Counted from the first letter of the stretch, positions 1 to 9,033 are shown. The stretch: 47,096 nucleotides of DNA from Desulfovibrionaceae bacterium (GCA_031547425.1 JAVBRZ010000011.1:1-47096); one strand, 5' to 3'. Notes: a model not told the origin generated them from the letters alone. Numbers and translations: made by a program.

Positions 1-877
1 TAACGGCGGTGAAGCGGCCTGCCTGAGCGTGGTCGAAAGCGTGTGCCGCCTGCTGCCCGGCTTTATGGGCCACGAAGATTCCGGCGAAGAAGAAAGCTTT
101 TCGCAAGGCCTTTTGGAATACCCCCACTACACTCGACCCGAAAACTTCGCCGGCCGCATCGTGCCCCGGGTGCTGACCGCAGGAAACCATGCCCGCATCG
201 CAAAGTGGCGGAGGGAAGAGTCCCTGCGCCTCACGCTGCGGCAGCGGCCGGAGCTTTTGGACGCCGCGCCCCTGAACGCCGAGGATATGGACTACCTGCG
301 GCGCCTGCCTCAGCTTTCCCTGGGCCGCAACCTGCATCTCGCTCTCGTCCATTACCCGGTTCTGGATAAAGATAAAAATTCCCTGGCCGTTTCTTTGACA
401 AATCTGGATATCCACGATATAGCTCGCAGTTCCTGTTGTTACGGCCTGGGCGGCTATTATGTCGTCACCCCGCTGCAAGACCAGCAGCGGCTTTTGGCCG
501 AGTTGCTGGAGCACTGGACCGCGGGCGCCGGCAGCCGCTCCAATCCGGACAGGGCTGAAGCCCTGCGCCTGGTTAGCGCGGCGCACAGCGTGGACGAGGT
601 CTTAAGGCAAGTGGAAACGCGCTGCGGCGAGCGGCCCCTGGTTTTGGGCAGCAGCGCCCGCCCGGAAGGCGCTCTTGCTTATAAAACAGTGCGCGAGGCT
701 TTGGCCGAGCGCCCCGTGCTGCTGCTCCTGGGCACCGGGCATGGCCTGGCCCCGGCGGTGCTGGAAAAATGCGACGGCGTATTGCGCCCCTTGCGCAGCG
801 CTTTTGCTTACAACCATTTTTCGGTGCGTAGCGCGGCGGCTGTTATGCTCGACAGAATTTTGGGCGATTGGCATTGA
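1..877 (+). CDS. trmD: tRNA (guanine37-N1)-methyltransferase TrmD, 5'-truncated by the window edge, fused to a ~190-aa C-terminal SPOUT-like domain
   Basis: The frame is open from nt 2. The translation GGEAACLSVVESVCRLLPGFMGHEDS..LLEYPHYTRPENF..LTAGNHARIAKWRREESL matches the C-terminal half of TrmD. It continues into an extra domain ending GTGHGLAPAVL..YNHFSVRSAAAVMLDRI, a trefoil-knot type motif reminiscent of Pfam Methyltrn_RNA_4. trmD-rplS synteny supports the call. Confidence 0.85.
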   Translation, partial: NGGEAACLSVVESVCRLLPGFMGHEDSGEEESFSQGLLEYPHYTRPENFAGRIVPRVLTAGNHARIAKWRREESLRLTLRQRPELLDAAPLNAEDMDYLRRLPQLSLGRNLHLALVHYPVLDKDKNSLAVSLTNLDIHDIARSSCCYGLGGYYVVTPLQDQQRLLAELLEHWTAGAGSRSNPDRAEALRLVSAAHSVDEVLRQVETRCGERPLVLGSSARPEGALAYKTVREALAERPVLLLLGTGHGLAPAVLEKCDGVLRPLRSAFAYNHFSVRSAAAVMLDRILGDWH

Positions 878-1003
878 CAAACCCGGCGATCCGGGATAAG
901 CAAACCGCCTGCGATGTCAGACAAGACTTTAGCTGACAGGTAGACACCCGCCGCAAAGCCTGAATGCGGCGCTGAATAAAATTTCTCACATGGGAGAAAG
1001 ACA

Positions 1004-1351
1004 ATGGACCTGATTAAAAAAATTGAAAACGAACACCTGCGCCTGGACCTGCCCGAGTTCCGCGCCGGGGATACTATTAAAGTGTACATGCGTATCATTG
1101 AAGGCGAAAAGGAACGCATCCAGATGTTCCAGGGCGCGGTCATCCGTGTGCGTCGCGGCGGCACCGGCTCCACCTTCATGGTCCGCAAGATTTCCGACGG
1201 CGTGGGCGTGGAACGTATTTTCCCCATGAATTCCCCGTTCATCGACCGCGTGGAAGTGGTCACCCAGGGCGCTGTCCGCCGCAACCGCCTCTACTACCTG
1301 CGTAACCTCAAAGGCAAAGCGGCCCGCATTAAGACCAAGACCGACTGGTAA
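1004..1351 (+). CDS. rplS: 50S ribosomal protein L19
   Basis: The 115-aa product [59 protein letters not shown] is a classic L19 sequence. A GGGAGAAAG RBS sits upstream. Confidence 0.97.
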   Translation: MDLIKKIENEHLRLDLPEFRAGDTIKVYMRIIEGEKERIQMFQGAVIRVRRGGTGSTFMVRKISDGVGVERIFPMNSPFIDRVEVVTQGAVRRNRLYYLRNLKGKAARIKTKTDW

Positions 1352-1388
1352 CCCGCGTGCGCGCGCATTAAGCGCAATCGTAAATTCC

Positions 1389-1426
1389 AGACCGGCGTTC
1401 ATCAGGTCAATGATGAACGCCGGTCT
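1389..1426 (+). terminator. Hairpin downstream of rplS (putative terminator)
   Basis: agaccggcgttcat / atgaacgccggtct form a ~14-bp perfect stem 38 nt after the rplS stop. The trailing T-tract is weak (tTgTc). Confidence 0.45.
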
Positions 1427-1468
1427 TGTCATGTCCGACGGACCGCCTTTGTCCCATTTACACAACTG

Positions 1469-2194
1469 TTGCCAACAGGCTATACTGCGGGCGTGAAAGA
1501 GCTGGCCCCCCTGATCTGTCCGGAAAATCTCCAGGACTGGCCCGGCATTGACGAAGCCGGCCGGGGCTGTTTGGCCGGTCCGGTGGTGGCCGCCGTGGTT
1601 GTTTTATCAGCCGCCGCGCCCATTGCGGGCCTCGCCGATTCCAAAAAGCTCAGCCCGGCCCGGCGCGAGGAACTGGCGGCCATCATCAAACGCCAGGCTC
1701 CGGCCTGGGCCCTGGGCTTAAGCTGGCCGCCCGAAATCGATCGCATCAATATATTACAAGCCACCTTTCAGACCATGTCCCGCGCCCTGGCCGCTTTGCT
1801 CCGCAAGTACCCGGAAACAAGCCTGCCCGGTCTGCTCATTGACGGGCCGCACACCATCCCCGGCGCGGCTCTGGCCGGCGCCCTGCCGGGCGGCCGCTCC
1901 CTGCCGCGCCAACAGGCCGTGATCAGGGGCGACGGGCGCATCCCCGCTATTGCCGCGGCGTCCATTCTGGCCAAAACCCACCGTGACCGCCTGATGGCCG
2001 CGCTTGGCCGCCGCTTTCCCGGCTACGGGCTGGATGAGCATAAAGGCTACGCCACCAAAGAGCACTACGCCGCCCTGGACAAACTCGGTCCCTGCCCCAT
2101 GCACCGCCTGACTTTTGCCGGCGTGGCCGCGCCGCATGAGCCCAACCCCCCGGAGCGGCATTCTTTATTGACCTTTATCTCCGGCGGGGTGTAG
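1469..2194 (+). CDS. rnhB: Ribonuclease HII
   Basis: It carries the [21 protein letters not shown] catalytic motif and the ADSKKLS..RE, ASILAK and GY.S.H style motifs. The listed start is TTG at 1469; GTG at 1493 is an alternative. Confidence 0.9.
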   Translation: MPTGYTAGVKELAPLICPENLQDWPGIDEAGRGCLAGPVVAAVVVLSAAAPIAGLADSKKLSPARREELAAIIKRQAPAWALGLSWPPEIDRINILQATFQTMSRALAALLRKYPETSLPGLLIDGPHTIPGAALAGALPGGRSLPRQQAVIRGDGRIPAIAAASILAKTHRDRLMAALGRRFPGYGLDEHKGYATKEHYAALDKLGPCPMHRLTFAGVAAPHEPNPPERHSLLTFISGGV

Positions 2195-2197
2195 CTT

Positions 2198-2599
2198 ATG
2201 TCCACACGCGCGACCGGCCAGGCCGGAGAAGATTTCGCGGCCAGGCGCCTTGAAAAATCGGGTTGGCGTATTTTGGAGCGCAACTGGCGTTGCGGTTCTC
2301 TGGAGCTGGATATTATCGCCGTGCACAAAGGCGTTTTGATTTTTGTAGAGGTCAAAACCCGGGCCGCCACGGGCCTCACCCGGCCGGACGAAGGCCTGAC
2401 CCCGGCCAAGCGGGAACGCCTGCTCCGGGCTGCGGCCCAATACTTGAGCGCCACCGACAACTGGAACAAACCCTGCCGCTTTGACCTTGTCAGCGTATGG
2501 CGGATGCCGGACAACACCTTCAGCCTGGAGCACTTTCCCCATGCCTTTGATTTCAGTCCGCCTGTGGCTGGTGGCCACGCCCCTTGGCAACCTTGGTGA
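2198..2599 (+). CDS. yraN: YraN family (UPF0102) endonuclease-like protein
   Basis: GQAGEDFAARRLEKSGWRILERNWRC..GELDIIA....LIFVEVKTR is the YraN signature. The rnhB-yraN-rsmI arrangement is common. Confidence 0.85.
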   Translation: MSTRATGQAGEDFAARRLEKSGWRILERNWRCGSLELDIIAVHKGVLIFVEVKTRAATGLTRPDEGLTPAKRERLLRAAAQYLSATDNWNKPCRFDLVSVWRMPDNTFSLEHFPHAFDFSPPVAGGHAPWQPW

Positions 2600-3383
2600 T
2601 TTTTCGCCCCGCGCCGCGGAAACCCTGGCACAGGCCGACATTATCCTGGCCGAGGATACGCGCCGCGCCGGGGCTTTGCTCTCCGCCGCCCAAATCACCC
2701 CCAAGCGCCTGCTCAGCTTTCACGACCACAATGAAAGCGAGCGCCTGCCTCAGGTCCTGGGCGCTTTGCGGGAAGGGCAAGTCGCAGCCCTGATTTCCGA
2801 CGCGGGCATGCCCGTGCTCTCCGACCCCGGCTTTGGCCTGGTGCGGGCCTGCCGCGAGGAAGGACTGGCGGTGTCCTGCGTGCCCGGGCCCTGCGCCGAA
2901 GCCGCGGCCGTGGCCGCCAGCGGCCTGCCGCCCCAGCCTTATGTATTCCTGGGCTTTCTGCCCCGCAAACCAGGAGACATCCGTAAAACTCTGGCCCCTT
3001 ACGCCGCGCTGCCGGCCACTCTGGTTTTTTTTGAACGCAAAGACCGCCTGCGCGACACTCTCAGCTTGGCCGCCGCCTGCCTGGGGCCGCGCGAAGTCTG
3101 CGTGGCCAGGGAAATGACCAAGACTTACGAGGAATTCCTTAACGGCCGTTTGGAAGACCCCAATTTCTGCGGCGCCGAGTTGCTGGGCGAAATCACCGTG
3201 GTCATCGGGCCGCCGGAAGCGGCATCCCCCAGTCCGGAACAGGATATTCTCGCCCTGGCTGACGCTTACCCCGACCTGGCTCCCCGCGCCCTGGCCAAAC
3301 TCATCGCCGGGCAAACTTCGGGCCGCTCGGCCAAAGAAATTTACGATTTGCTGCTGACGCGCAACCAGGACCCAAAGCCATAG
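2541..3383 (+). CDS. rsmI: 16S rRNA (cytidine1402-2'-O)-methyltransferase RsmI
   Basis: LWLVATPLGNLGDFSPRAAETLAQADIILAEDTRR and SDAG.P..SDPG motifs are present. The listed ORF begins at 2481, but ATG 2541 (MPLISVRLWLVATP) gives a normal ~280-aa length. It overlaps the yraN tail. Confidence 0.85.
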   Translation: MPLISVRLWLVATPLGNLGDFSPRAAETLAQADIILAEDTRRAGALLSAAQITPKRLLSFHDHNESERLPQVLGALREGQVAALISDAGMPVLSDPGFGLVRACREEGLAVSCVPGPCAEAAAVAASGLPPQPYVFLGFLPRKPGDIRKTLAPYAALPATLVFFERKDRLRDTLSLAAACLGPREVCVAREMTKTYEEFLNGRLEDPNFCGAELLGEITVVIGPPEAASPSPEQDILALADAYPDLAPRALAKLIAGQTSGRSAKEIYDLLLTRNQDPKP

Positions 3384-3452
3384 ACATTCAAAATCAAACT
3401 GCTATACTGCCTCACAAGAATAGTGGTCCTACCACACTTGCGATATCCCCCA

Positions 3453-3480
3453 CCCGGCAACGGCGGCTTGTCCGGGTTTT
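3453..3480 (+). terminator. Putative intrinsic terminator after rsmI
   Basis: cccggcaa..cttgtccggg forms a stem (with a bulge) followed by TTTTAATTTT. Confidence 0.45.
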
Positions 3481-3525
3481 AATTTTCCCGCCGGGCCGCA
3501 TTCGGCAACGGCTCTGGAGCATTCC

Positions 3526-4440
3526 ATGAACAAACAGCATCTTACCGGTTATATCATGATCTTCGCGGCGGCCTTGCTGTTCGCCCTGATTGGCCCCATT
3601 TCCCTGTTCGCCATGAATGAAGGGGTTACCTCCCTGGAAACGGCTTTCTGGCGGGCTTTCTTCGGAGCGCTGTCTTTCGGGGTGCACGGGCTGCTTACCG
3701 GGGCCTGGCGAATCACGGGAAAGCAACGCGCAACCTTGAGCCTGTTCGGCATTCCCGGCGTGGGCCTGCTGTTTTTCTGCTTTATTTACGGCGTGCAGCA
3801 TGCGGGCGCGGCCATGACCTCGGTGCTCAACAATACCGCCCCCCTCTGGGTGGCTGTCTGGGCCTGTCTATTTTTGCGGGAAGTGCTTACCGGCAGCAAA
3901 ATTGTCAGCATCATCCTCGCCGTGGCGGGCGCCGGCGTAATTTCCGCCTCAGGCGGCAGCCTGGGCGAGGGCGCTACAATGCTGGGCATTATCGCGGCCA
4001 CAGCTTCGGGCTTCCTGTTTTCCCTGCACTCCCTCGTCGCCAAGAAATTTCTGACTGAAAAAGTTTCAGCGGTCTCTATCTACATGTACATTCTGCCGGT
4101 GGGCGCCCTGACCATGCTGCCCTTTGTGGATTTCATGCCCGATAAAAGCTGGGTGGCCTGGACTTCGCTTGTTGCCATGGGTTTTATTTGCAACTGGGTG
4201 CCGTACTTGTGTTTCTGCGGGGCGCTGAAACGCCTGCCCGCCAGCCGGGTGTCCGTGCTGGAAACCGCCAGCGAACCCCTCCTGGCCGCCCTGTTCGCTT
4301 TTCTGTGGTGGGGCGAGGCTTTCACCCCCATTGGCTGGCTGGGCGTTTTCCTGGTTATCGGCGCGGTGATTCTGGTCATTTTAAGCAAAGATAAAATGCG
4401 GCCGCCCAAAGAGGTTTGCAGGGCGGAGGCCCGGTTGTAA
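3526..4440 (+). CDS. EamA/DMT-family transporter
   Basis: The 304-aa product has ~10 hydrophobic helices arranged as two EamA-like halves. No more specific motif was recognised. Confidence 0.8.
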   Translation: MNKQHLTGYIMIFAAALLFALIGPISLFAMNEGVTSLETAFWRAFFGALSFGVHGLLTGAWRITGKQRATLSLFGIPGVGLLFFCFIYGVQHAGAAMTSVLNNTAPLWVAVWACLFLREVLTGSKIVSIILAVAGAGVISASGGSLGEGATMLGIIAATASGFLFSLHSLVAKKFLTEKVSAVSIYMYILPVGALTMLPFVDFMPDKSWVAWTSLVAMGFICNWVPYLCFCGALKRLPASRVSVLETASEPLLAALFAFLWWGEAFTPIGWLGVFLVIGAVILVILSKDKMRPPKEVCRAEARL

Positions 4441-4611
4441 CGCCGTTTCCCCTTCCCTCGCCAGCAAGCGGAAACTCCCGGCCGCGCTTCAGCGCAAAAA
4501 CACCTTGGCAACTTCGCGGCAAATGCTTATAGGTATTTTTCAGCCGCGCTTTCCGCGGCAAATTTTTTGCCGGCGCCACGCTCTCTACAGTTATAAAAGC
4601 ATTGCAATCTC

Positions 4612-4651
4612 GGCGCGCCCCTCACCTGGGCGGCGCGCGGCTCAGTTTTTT
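4612..4651 (+). promoter_or_regulatory. greA leader hairpins plus T6 (terminator/attenuator-like)
   Basis: ctgggc-ggcgcgcg-gctcag (4626-4645) is followed directly by TTTTTT (4646-4651). An alternative GC stem is ggcgcgcc (4612-4619) with ggcgcgc (4632-4638). A TTGCCG-19-TATAAA promoter-like pair lies upstream at 4567-4597. The element sits 54 nt before the greA ATG. Confidence 0.35.
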
Positions 4652-4704
4652 ACCCGCCGCCAGGCCCCGTAAGATTAAACAGCAGCAGAGGCAGGAAATA
4701 ACAT

Positions 4705-5208
4705 ATGGAACGCATTCCCATTTCCGTTCAAGGCGTGGAACTGGTCACCCAGGAATTGGAACGCTTAAGAAAAGAACGTCCGGGCGTTATTCAAGCCATT
4801 AAGGAAGCCAGAGAAGAGGGCGATATCAGCGAAAATGCCGGTTACGAGGCGGCTCGCGAGCGCCAGGGCATGCTGGAAGCCCGCATCGCCTATCTTGAAT
4901 CGCGCATGCAGAACTTCAATGTCCTGGATTTGAGCTCCCTTGCCCCGGAAACCGTGGCTTACAGCGCTACCGTGACCATGGAAGACGTGGACAGCGGCGA
5001 AGTGAAGGAGTACACGCTGCTGGGCCCTGATGAAATGGCCTATGCCCGCAAAGGTTCAATCTCCGTATTTTCTCCCGTGGCTGGCGCTTTGCTGGGGCGC
5101 GGGGAAGGCGACGAAGTGGTGGTGGACGCCCCGCGCGGGAAAATAACCTATGAAATCATTAAAATAGAGTACCGCCCAGCCAACGAGCTGTTCGCGGCAA
5201 GGAAATAA
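4705..5208 (+). CDS. greA: Transcription elongation factor GreA
   Basis: LERLRKERPGVIQAIKEAREEGDISENAGYEAARERQGMLEARIAYLE is the canonical GreA coiled-coil with the acidic tip DxxEN. Confidence 0.95.
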   Translation: MERIPISVQGVELVTQELERLRKERPGVIQAIKEAREEGDISENAGYEAARERQGMLEARIAYLESRMQNFNVLDLSSLAPETVAYSATVTMEDVDSGEVKEYTLLGPDEMAYARKGSISVFSPVAGALLGRGEGDEVVVDAPRGKITYEIIKIEYRPANELFAARK

Positions 5209-5243
5209 GCTCCAACCCGTTTGGCGGTTAAAAAGCCTTGCCA

Positions 5244-5273
5244 GCCGGGCCGAAATGCTATTTCGGCCCGGCT
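5244..5273. terminator. Bidirectional terminator between the convergent greA and metallophosphoesterase genes
   Basis: gccgggccgaaat-gcta-tttcggcccggc is a perfect stem flanked by AAAAA upstream and ATTTT downstream. Confidence 0.6.
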
Positions 5274-6456
5274 ATTTTCTGGTCAAAGTGAGTATGGTTA
5301 TTTCCGGCGTGGTGCCCAGACGGATGGGAAAACGCGCCCAAACTCCGGTGCCCGGCGTGACATACAGCAGCATGCCGTCCACGGCGTACAGCCCCAGCAC
5401 GTATTTGTGCCAGAGCTTGATGAGTGGGTATAGAAAAATGATCTGCCCGCCGTGGGTATGGCCGGACAGTTGCGCGTCATAGCCCAGAGCGGCAGCCTCG
5501 GCGGCTTTGGCCGGCCTATGGCGCAAAAGAATTTTCACGGCCTTGGCCGGGGACCCCACCATGGCCCGCACCGGATCGGGCAAGGGCCGTTCGCCGAACG
5601 ATTCCGCGGTATCATCCGTCACTCCGGCAACGACCAGGTCTTCCCCATTGATGCGCAGCATCCGGTGCTCGTTGGTCAATACTGTCAGGCCCATGCGTTT
5701 GAAGGCCGCCATCCACTCCCGGTATCCGGAATAATACTCATGGTTGCCGGCCACCAGAAATACACCCTGCGGCGATTTGAGTTCACCCAGGCATTTGACC
5801 TCATCGTACAAGCGCTCCACAGAGCCATCCACCACATCGCCCGCGATGAACACGGCCTCCGCCCGTTGCGCATTGGTGGCCGCCACCACTTTTTGCAGCC
5901 AGGCCCCGTCAAGCCCGGCCCCGATATGCAAATCCGCCAACAAGGCCAGCCGCACGCCCTCCAGTTCAACAGGCAGTTTGGCGACGGGCAGGGACTGCTC
6001 CCTGACCGAGGGCAGATGCAAGGCCCCATGCACGCCCACAGCCGTAACCACCAGCCCCAGGCAGCCCAAAAACACAGCCCGCTTGCGCAACCCCCGTGCG
6101 GAAGACCGCAAGGGAAAACTGCGCGGCTGGATATCGGGAAACACAGGCCGCGCCACCACCCGGCCCAGCCAGATGAAGAACAGCGCCACATCGCAAAACG
6201 CGCACAGGCCAATCAAAGTCAGCTCAAAAGCTTGTATGACCCCGGCTGTCAACCCGATTTGAACAATAAGGTCATGGGGCAGAGGCGTAACCGTGAGCTT
6301 GCGCAAAATAAGCATATTCTGAGAAGCCGCCAGAAATAAAGCCACTGCCAGCCAACGCGCGGGCGCCGGCAGGGGCAGGTAACGAATAAGCCGTCCCCAG
6401 ATGTAAATAACGCCGATTATGGCGGTAGCCGAGGTGACCACATAGAAAAAGGACAT
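5272..6456 (-). CDS. Membrane-anchored metallophosphoesterase (YkuE/YaeI-like)
   Basis: The N-terminal region has ~4 TM helices. It is followed by calcineurin-like motifs: LADLHIG, GDVVDG, GNHEYY and GHTHGGQ. Confidence 0.85.
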   Translation of the reverse strand: MSFFYVVTSATAIIGVIYIWGRLIRYLPLPAPARWLAVALFLAASQNMLILRKLTVTPLPHDLIVQIGLTAGVIQAFELTLIGLCAFCDVALFFIWLGRVVARPVFPDIQPRSFPLRSSARGLRKRAVFLGCLGLVVTAVGVHGALHLPSVREQSLPVAKLPVELEGVRLALLADLHIGAGLDGAWLQKVVAATNAQRAEAVFIAGDVVDGSVERLYDEVKCLGELKSPQGVFLVAGNHEYYSGYREWMAAFKRMGLTVLTNEHRMLRINGEDLVVAGVTDDTAESFGERPLPDPVRAMVGSPAKAVKILLRHRPAKAAEAAALGYDAQLSGHTHGGQIIFLYPLIKLWHKYVLGLYAVDGMLLYVTPGTGVWARFPIRLGTTPEITILTLTRK

Positions 6457-6704
6457 ATGTTCAATTATCCAGCCTGAAGTAAGGGGTTATCATACAGAAC
6501 TCATCGGGCCGGCCGCCCGGCACCGGCCAGGATCGTAGCGGCCGGCGCTTCGGAAGAAAGATAAGGCTCCGGAACCGTTTGTCAGTACCGTTGGCAAGAA
6601 ATTCGCCCCGCCTTCCTCAGGATCGGCTTGTCTTTATTGGATTGCCGTGCGCTTGAGTTTTTGGCCAATAGGGGTATACAAGAGGCCAATACAGGAGGCC
6701 GTTT

Positions 6705-8771
6705 ATGCTTAAAAGGTTTTTATTCCGCCGCCTCGCCGCCGGGGCTCTGGTTGCGGCCCTGGTCGCGGGCGCGGGCTGCGGTTCGCAAGAACACTTTGCA
6801 GACTCGCTGGAACTGTCTCCTCGCGCCGACCCCGCCCAATCACAATGGCTGGAACGCCAATCCATGCTCTATGCCTCCACGGAGCTGCTCAAAGTGGTGT
6901 CCGGCAGCAATTTGCAATGGGTGGCTCCGGTCACGGACCCGGCCGCCCGCAACCTTTTCAGCCATGCCGACGCCTGGCTGCTCATCTCTCCTTATGAGCT
7001 GGTTACGGAGTCCGGCAAAAGGGCCTTTGCTCAACTCAGCCACCAGGCCCTGTGGAAGATCATGAACCAACGCGGCATACATGGCATGTATATCAACCCG
7101 ACGCTGGTGTCCGGCAAAATCTGGAACAACCCCGGTGCGGAATTCAGCGGCAATGGAGGCGATGCCGTGGGCTTCACCTTTGCGGACATTGCCGGCGCCG
7201 AAGATAGCTATGCCGAGCTCCTGCAAACTGCCAACAGAAACGGCGGCATTCTGGGCATGAATATTATTCCTATGGCCACGGGCCTCGGGCCGGATTTTAT
7301 CCTGGCCGGCCGCGACATGCGCCAATATCCCGGCCTGTATGCCCTGGTGGAAATAGATAAAGATTTTTGGGATCTTTTGCCCCCCAACCTCAGCGAATGG
7401 CAGGCCACGCCCCTCAGCGCCGGCCAGGTGGCCAAACTCAGCGAAGCCAAATTCCTGCCCCCGCATCTTTTGCAGGATGACCTGGGCATGTCCTGCGGCT
7501 GGGCAGCCACCGGCGAGGTGCGCGGCTTTGACGCCCAAGTCCGGCGCTTTGTCTACCGCTATTTTGCCGAGCCCGACATGCCGGTCCTTAATTGGACCGA
7601 CCCCAGCAGCGCGGCCCGCCGTGTGGGCTCAGCCAGCATCATCCAGACCGTGGGCAAATGGGGGGCCGCCCTGACGGGCTCCAGCCTGCTGCCTTTAGCC
7701 GGGCTTGCTCCGGGCGCTGGTTTCAACCATTACTCCATGGAGCCGGCTCTGACCGCGGCCACGGATATCGGCCAGGAAGTGCGGCGCTACGGCGGCTGGT
7801 CCTGGCAACAGGACCGCCTGCCCCTCCAGATGTTGGTGGAATTTCAAAATAAAACCTCCTTTGATTTCATCACTGACACCATGACCAGCCCCGGCGCGGA
7901 ACATGCCCTGCTCACCGGCGATGCTTACTACTTGAAGGCGTCAGTTGCCCGCGCTCTGGCCCTGGGCATTGACGGTTCACGCCTGGTCCATGTTCTGCCC
8001 GGCAAAGACGGCGTGATTTACCGCCCCTTCCTGCGGGGCGCCATGACCGGTGAAACCCCGCCCCCGGTGCCGGAGAGCGCCGTTCCCTTTATGGAAAACG
8101 GGGCTTTGCCCCTGTCCGGCGCGGGTCTTGCGGCCCTGGCCCTGAACATCACTACCGCCACGGACCTTAAACCGGAACAGGTGTTGGAGATCAGCAAAGG
8201 ACACCTGGCCTTGGCTTTTTTCCTGGCCATGCAGCCGGGCTTGCTGATGCTCCCGGCCCAGGACCTGGCGGGAACGGTGACTCCGGCCTGGGATGAACGC
8301 CTAGCCGCCGCCCACAGCGAATTCGCATCCAAAAACGGCGTGGCCCTTTTAAGCGCCAGCCGTCGCGTGCCCATCTCCGATGCGGGTATTGTCCAGAACC
8401 CCGCCCTGTATCCACCCCTGGACGTCCAAAACGTTGCCGAGGATTCCTTCCTGGCTCAATTGGCCAATATCCTGGCCCTGCGCAAAGAGCTCAACGTAGC
8501 GGCCGGCAAGCTTTACCACCTGGTCGATACGGAGGCTCCCGGCGTGGCGGCCTTGCTCACAGCCCTGCCCGACGGTTCCGACCTCTTAACTCTGGTCAAC
8601 TTCTCGCGCACGGCCGCGTCCGTGCCCGTCAAGCTGGAAAAACATTACTCCAGGGCCGAAGAGCTCAGGCCCGGCGGCGGCGGGGCTTCCTTTGCCGCCG
8701 CTTCAGGCACGCTGTCCCTGCAACTCGGGCCCTGGGGCTATCGGGTCGTGCGCCTGTCCGGTGGAAAATAA
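6705..8771 (+). CDS. Putative lipoprotein with a divergent alpha-amylase-superfamily (GH13/TreY-like) scaffold
   Basis: The signal peptide has a lipobox (LVAGAGC). GIHGMYINPTL.., ..GGDAVGFTFADIAGAEDSYAELLQTANRNGGILGMNIIPMATG and PVLNWTDP..WGAALTGSS follow the spacing of GH13/TreY conserved regions, but key residues are substituted. The CDS call is solid; the function is low confidence. Confidence 0.55.
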   Translation: MLKRFLFRRLAAGALVAALVAGAGCGSQEHFADSLELSPRADPAQSQWLERQSMLYASTELLKVVSGSNLQWVAPVTDPAARNLFSHADAWLLISPYELVTESGKRAFAQLSHQALWKIMNQRGIHGMYINPTLVSGKIWNNPGAEFSGNGGDAVGFTFADIAGAEDSYAELLQTANRNGGILGMNIIPMATGLGPDFILAGRDMRQYPGLYALVEIDKDFWDLLPPNLSEWQATPLSAGQVAKLSEAKFLPPHLLQDDLGMSCGWAATGEVRGFDAQVRRFVYRYFAEPDMPVLNWTDPSSAARRVGSASIIQTVGKWGAALTGSSLLPLAGLAPGAGFNHYSMEPALTAATDIGQEVRRYGGWSWQQDRLPLQMLVEFQNKTSFDFITDTMTSPGAEHALLTGDAYYLKASVARALALGIDGSRLVHVLPGKDGVIYRPFLRGAMTGETPPPVPESAVPFMENGALPLSGAGLAALALNITTATDLKPEQVLEISKGHLALAFFLAMQPGLLMLPAQDLAGTVTPAWDERLAAAHSEFASKNGVALLSASRRVPISDAGIVQNPALYPPLDVQNVAEDSFLAQLANILALRKELNVAAGKLYHLVDTEAPGVAALLTALPDGSDLLTLVNFSRTAASVPVKLEKHYSRAEELRPGGGGASFAAASGTLSLQLGPWGYRVVRLSGGK

Positions 8772-8780
8772 GCCTACATC

Positions 8781-8974
8781 TAGAGCATTTTAACTTTGAA
8801 ATGTTACACCATCTGCAGCATATAAAAGACAAAAAACACAACCTTTTATCATACACGGTCAGGCCGAAGCGGCCTGAACTAAAAACACGCTACGCTGCTC
8901 GCTTGCGGGCGTCTGCCGGCGCATCCGCCAGAGCATTTTTCCTTAATATATCATTTAAATGTTAAAATGCTCTA
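8781..8974. mobile_element. MITE-like element, family A, copy 1 (194 bp)
   Basis: The terminal inverted repeats are TAGAGCATTTTAACTTTGAAATG and CATTTAAATGTTAAAATGCTCTA (21/23 complementary by eye). Each end is TA. There is an internal hairpin, tcaggcc-gaagc-ggcctga. A second 194-bp copy lies at 13143-13336, with 14 mismatches counted by hand. Confidence 0.7.
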
Positions 8975-8990
8975 AAACCAATGCCGTTAT

Positions 8991-9033
8991 GCAAACCGCC
9001 CCTCGTTTTTCAAAAAAGCGAGGGGCGGTTTGC
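8991..9033. terminator. 15-bp perfect hairpin abutting the MATE stop codon
   Basis: gcaaaccgcccctcg-tttttcaaaaaag-cgaggggcggtttgc. There is no flanking U-tract, so terminator function is uncertain. Confidence 0.4.

Noticed and set aside
8665-8856. Minus-strand ORFs starting MYDKRLCFLSF.. at 8665-8856 and 12892-13218 that look like paralogous small proteins
   Set aside because: The similarity is confined to the part inside the family-A repeat, so it reflects DNA-level repetition. Both then run antisense into unrelated upstream genes. No RBS is present, and the Cys-rich peptide is implausible.
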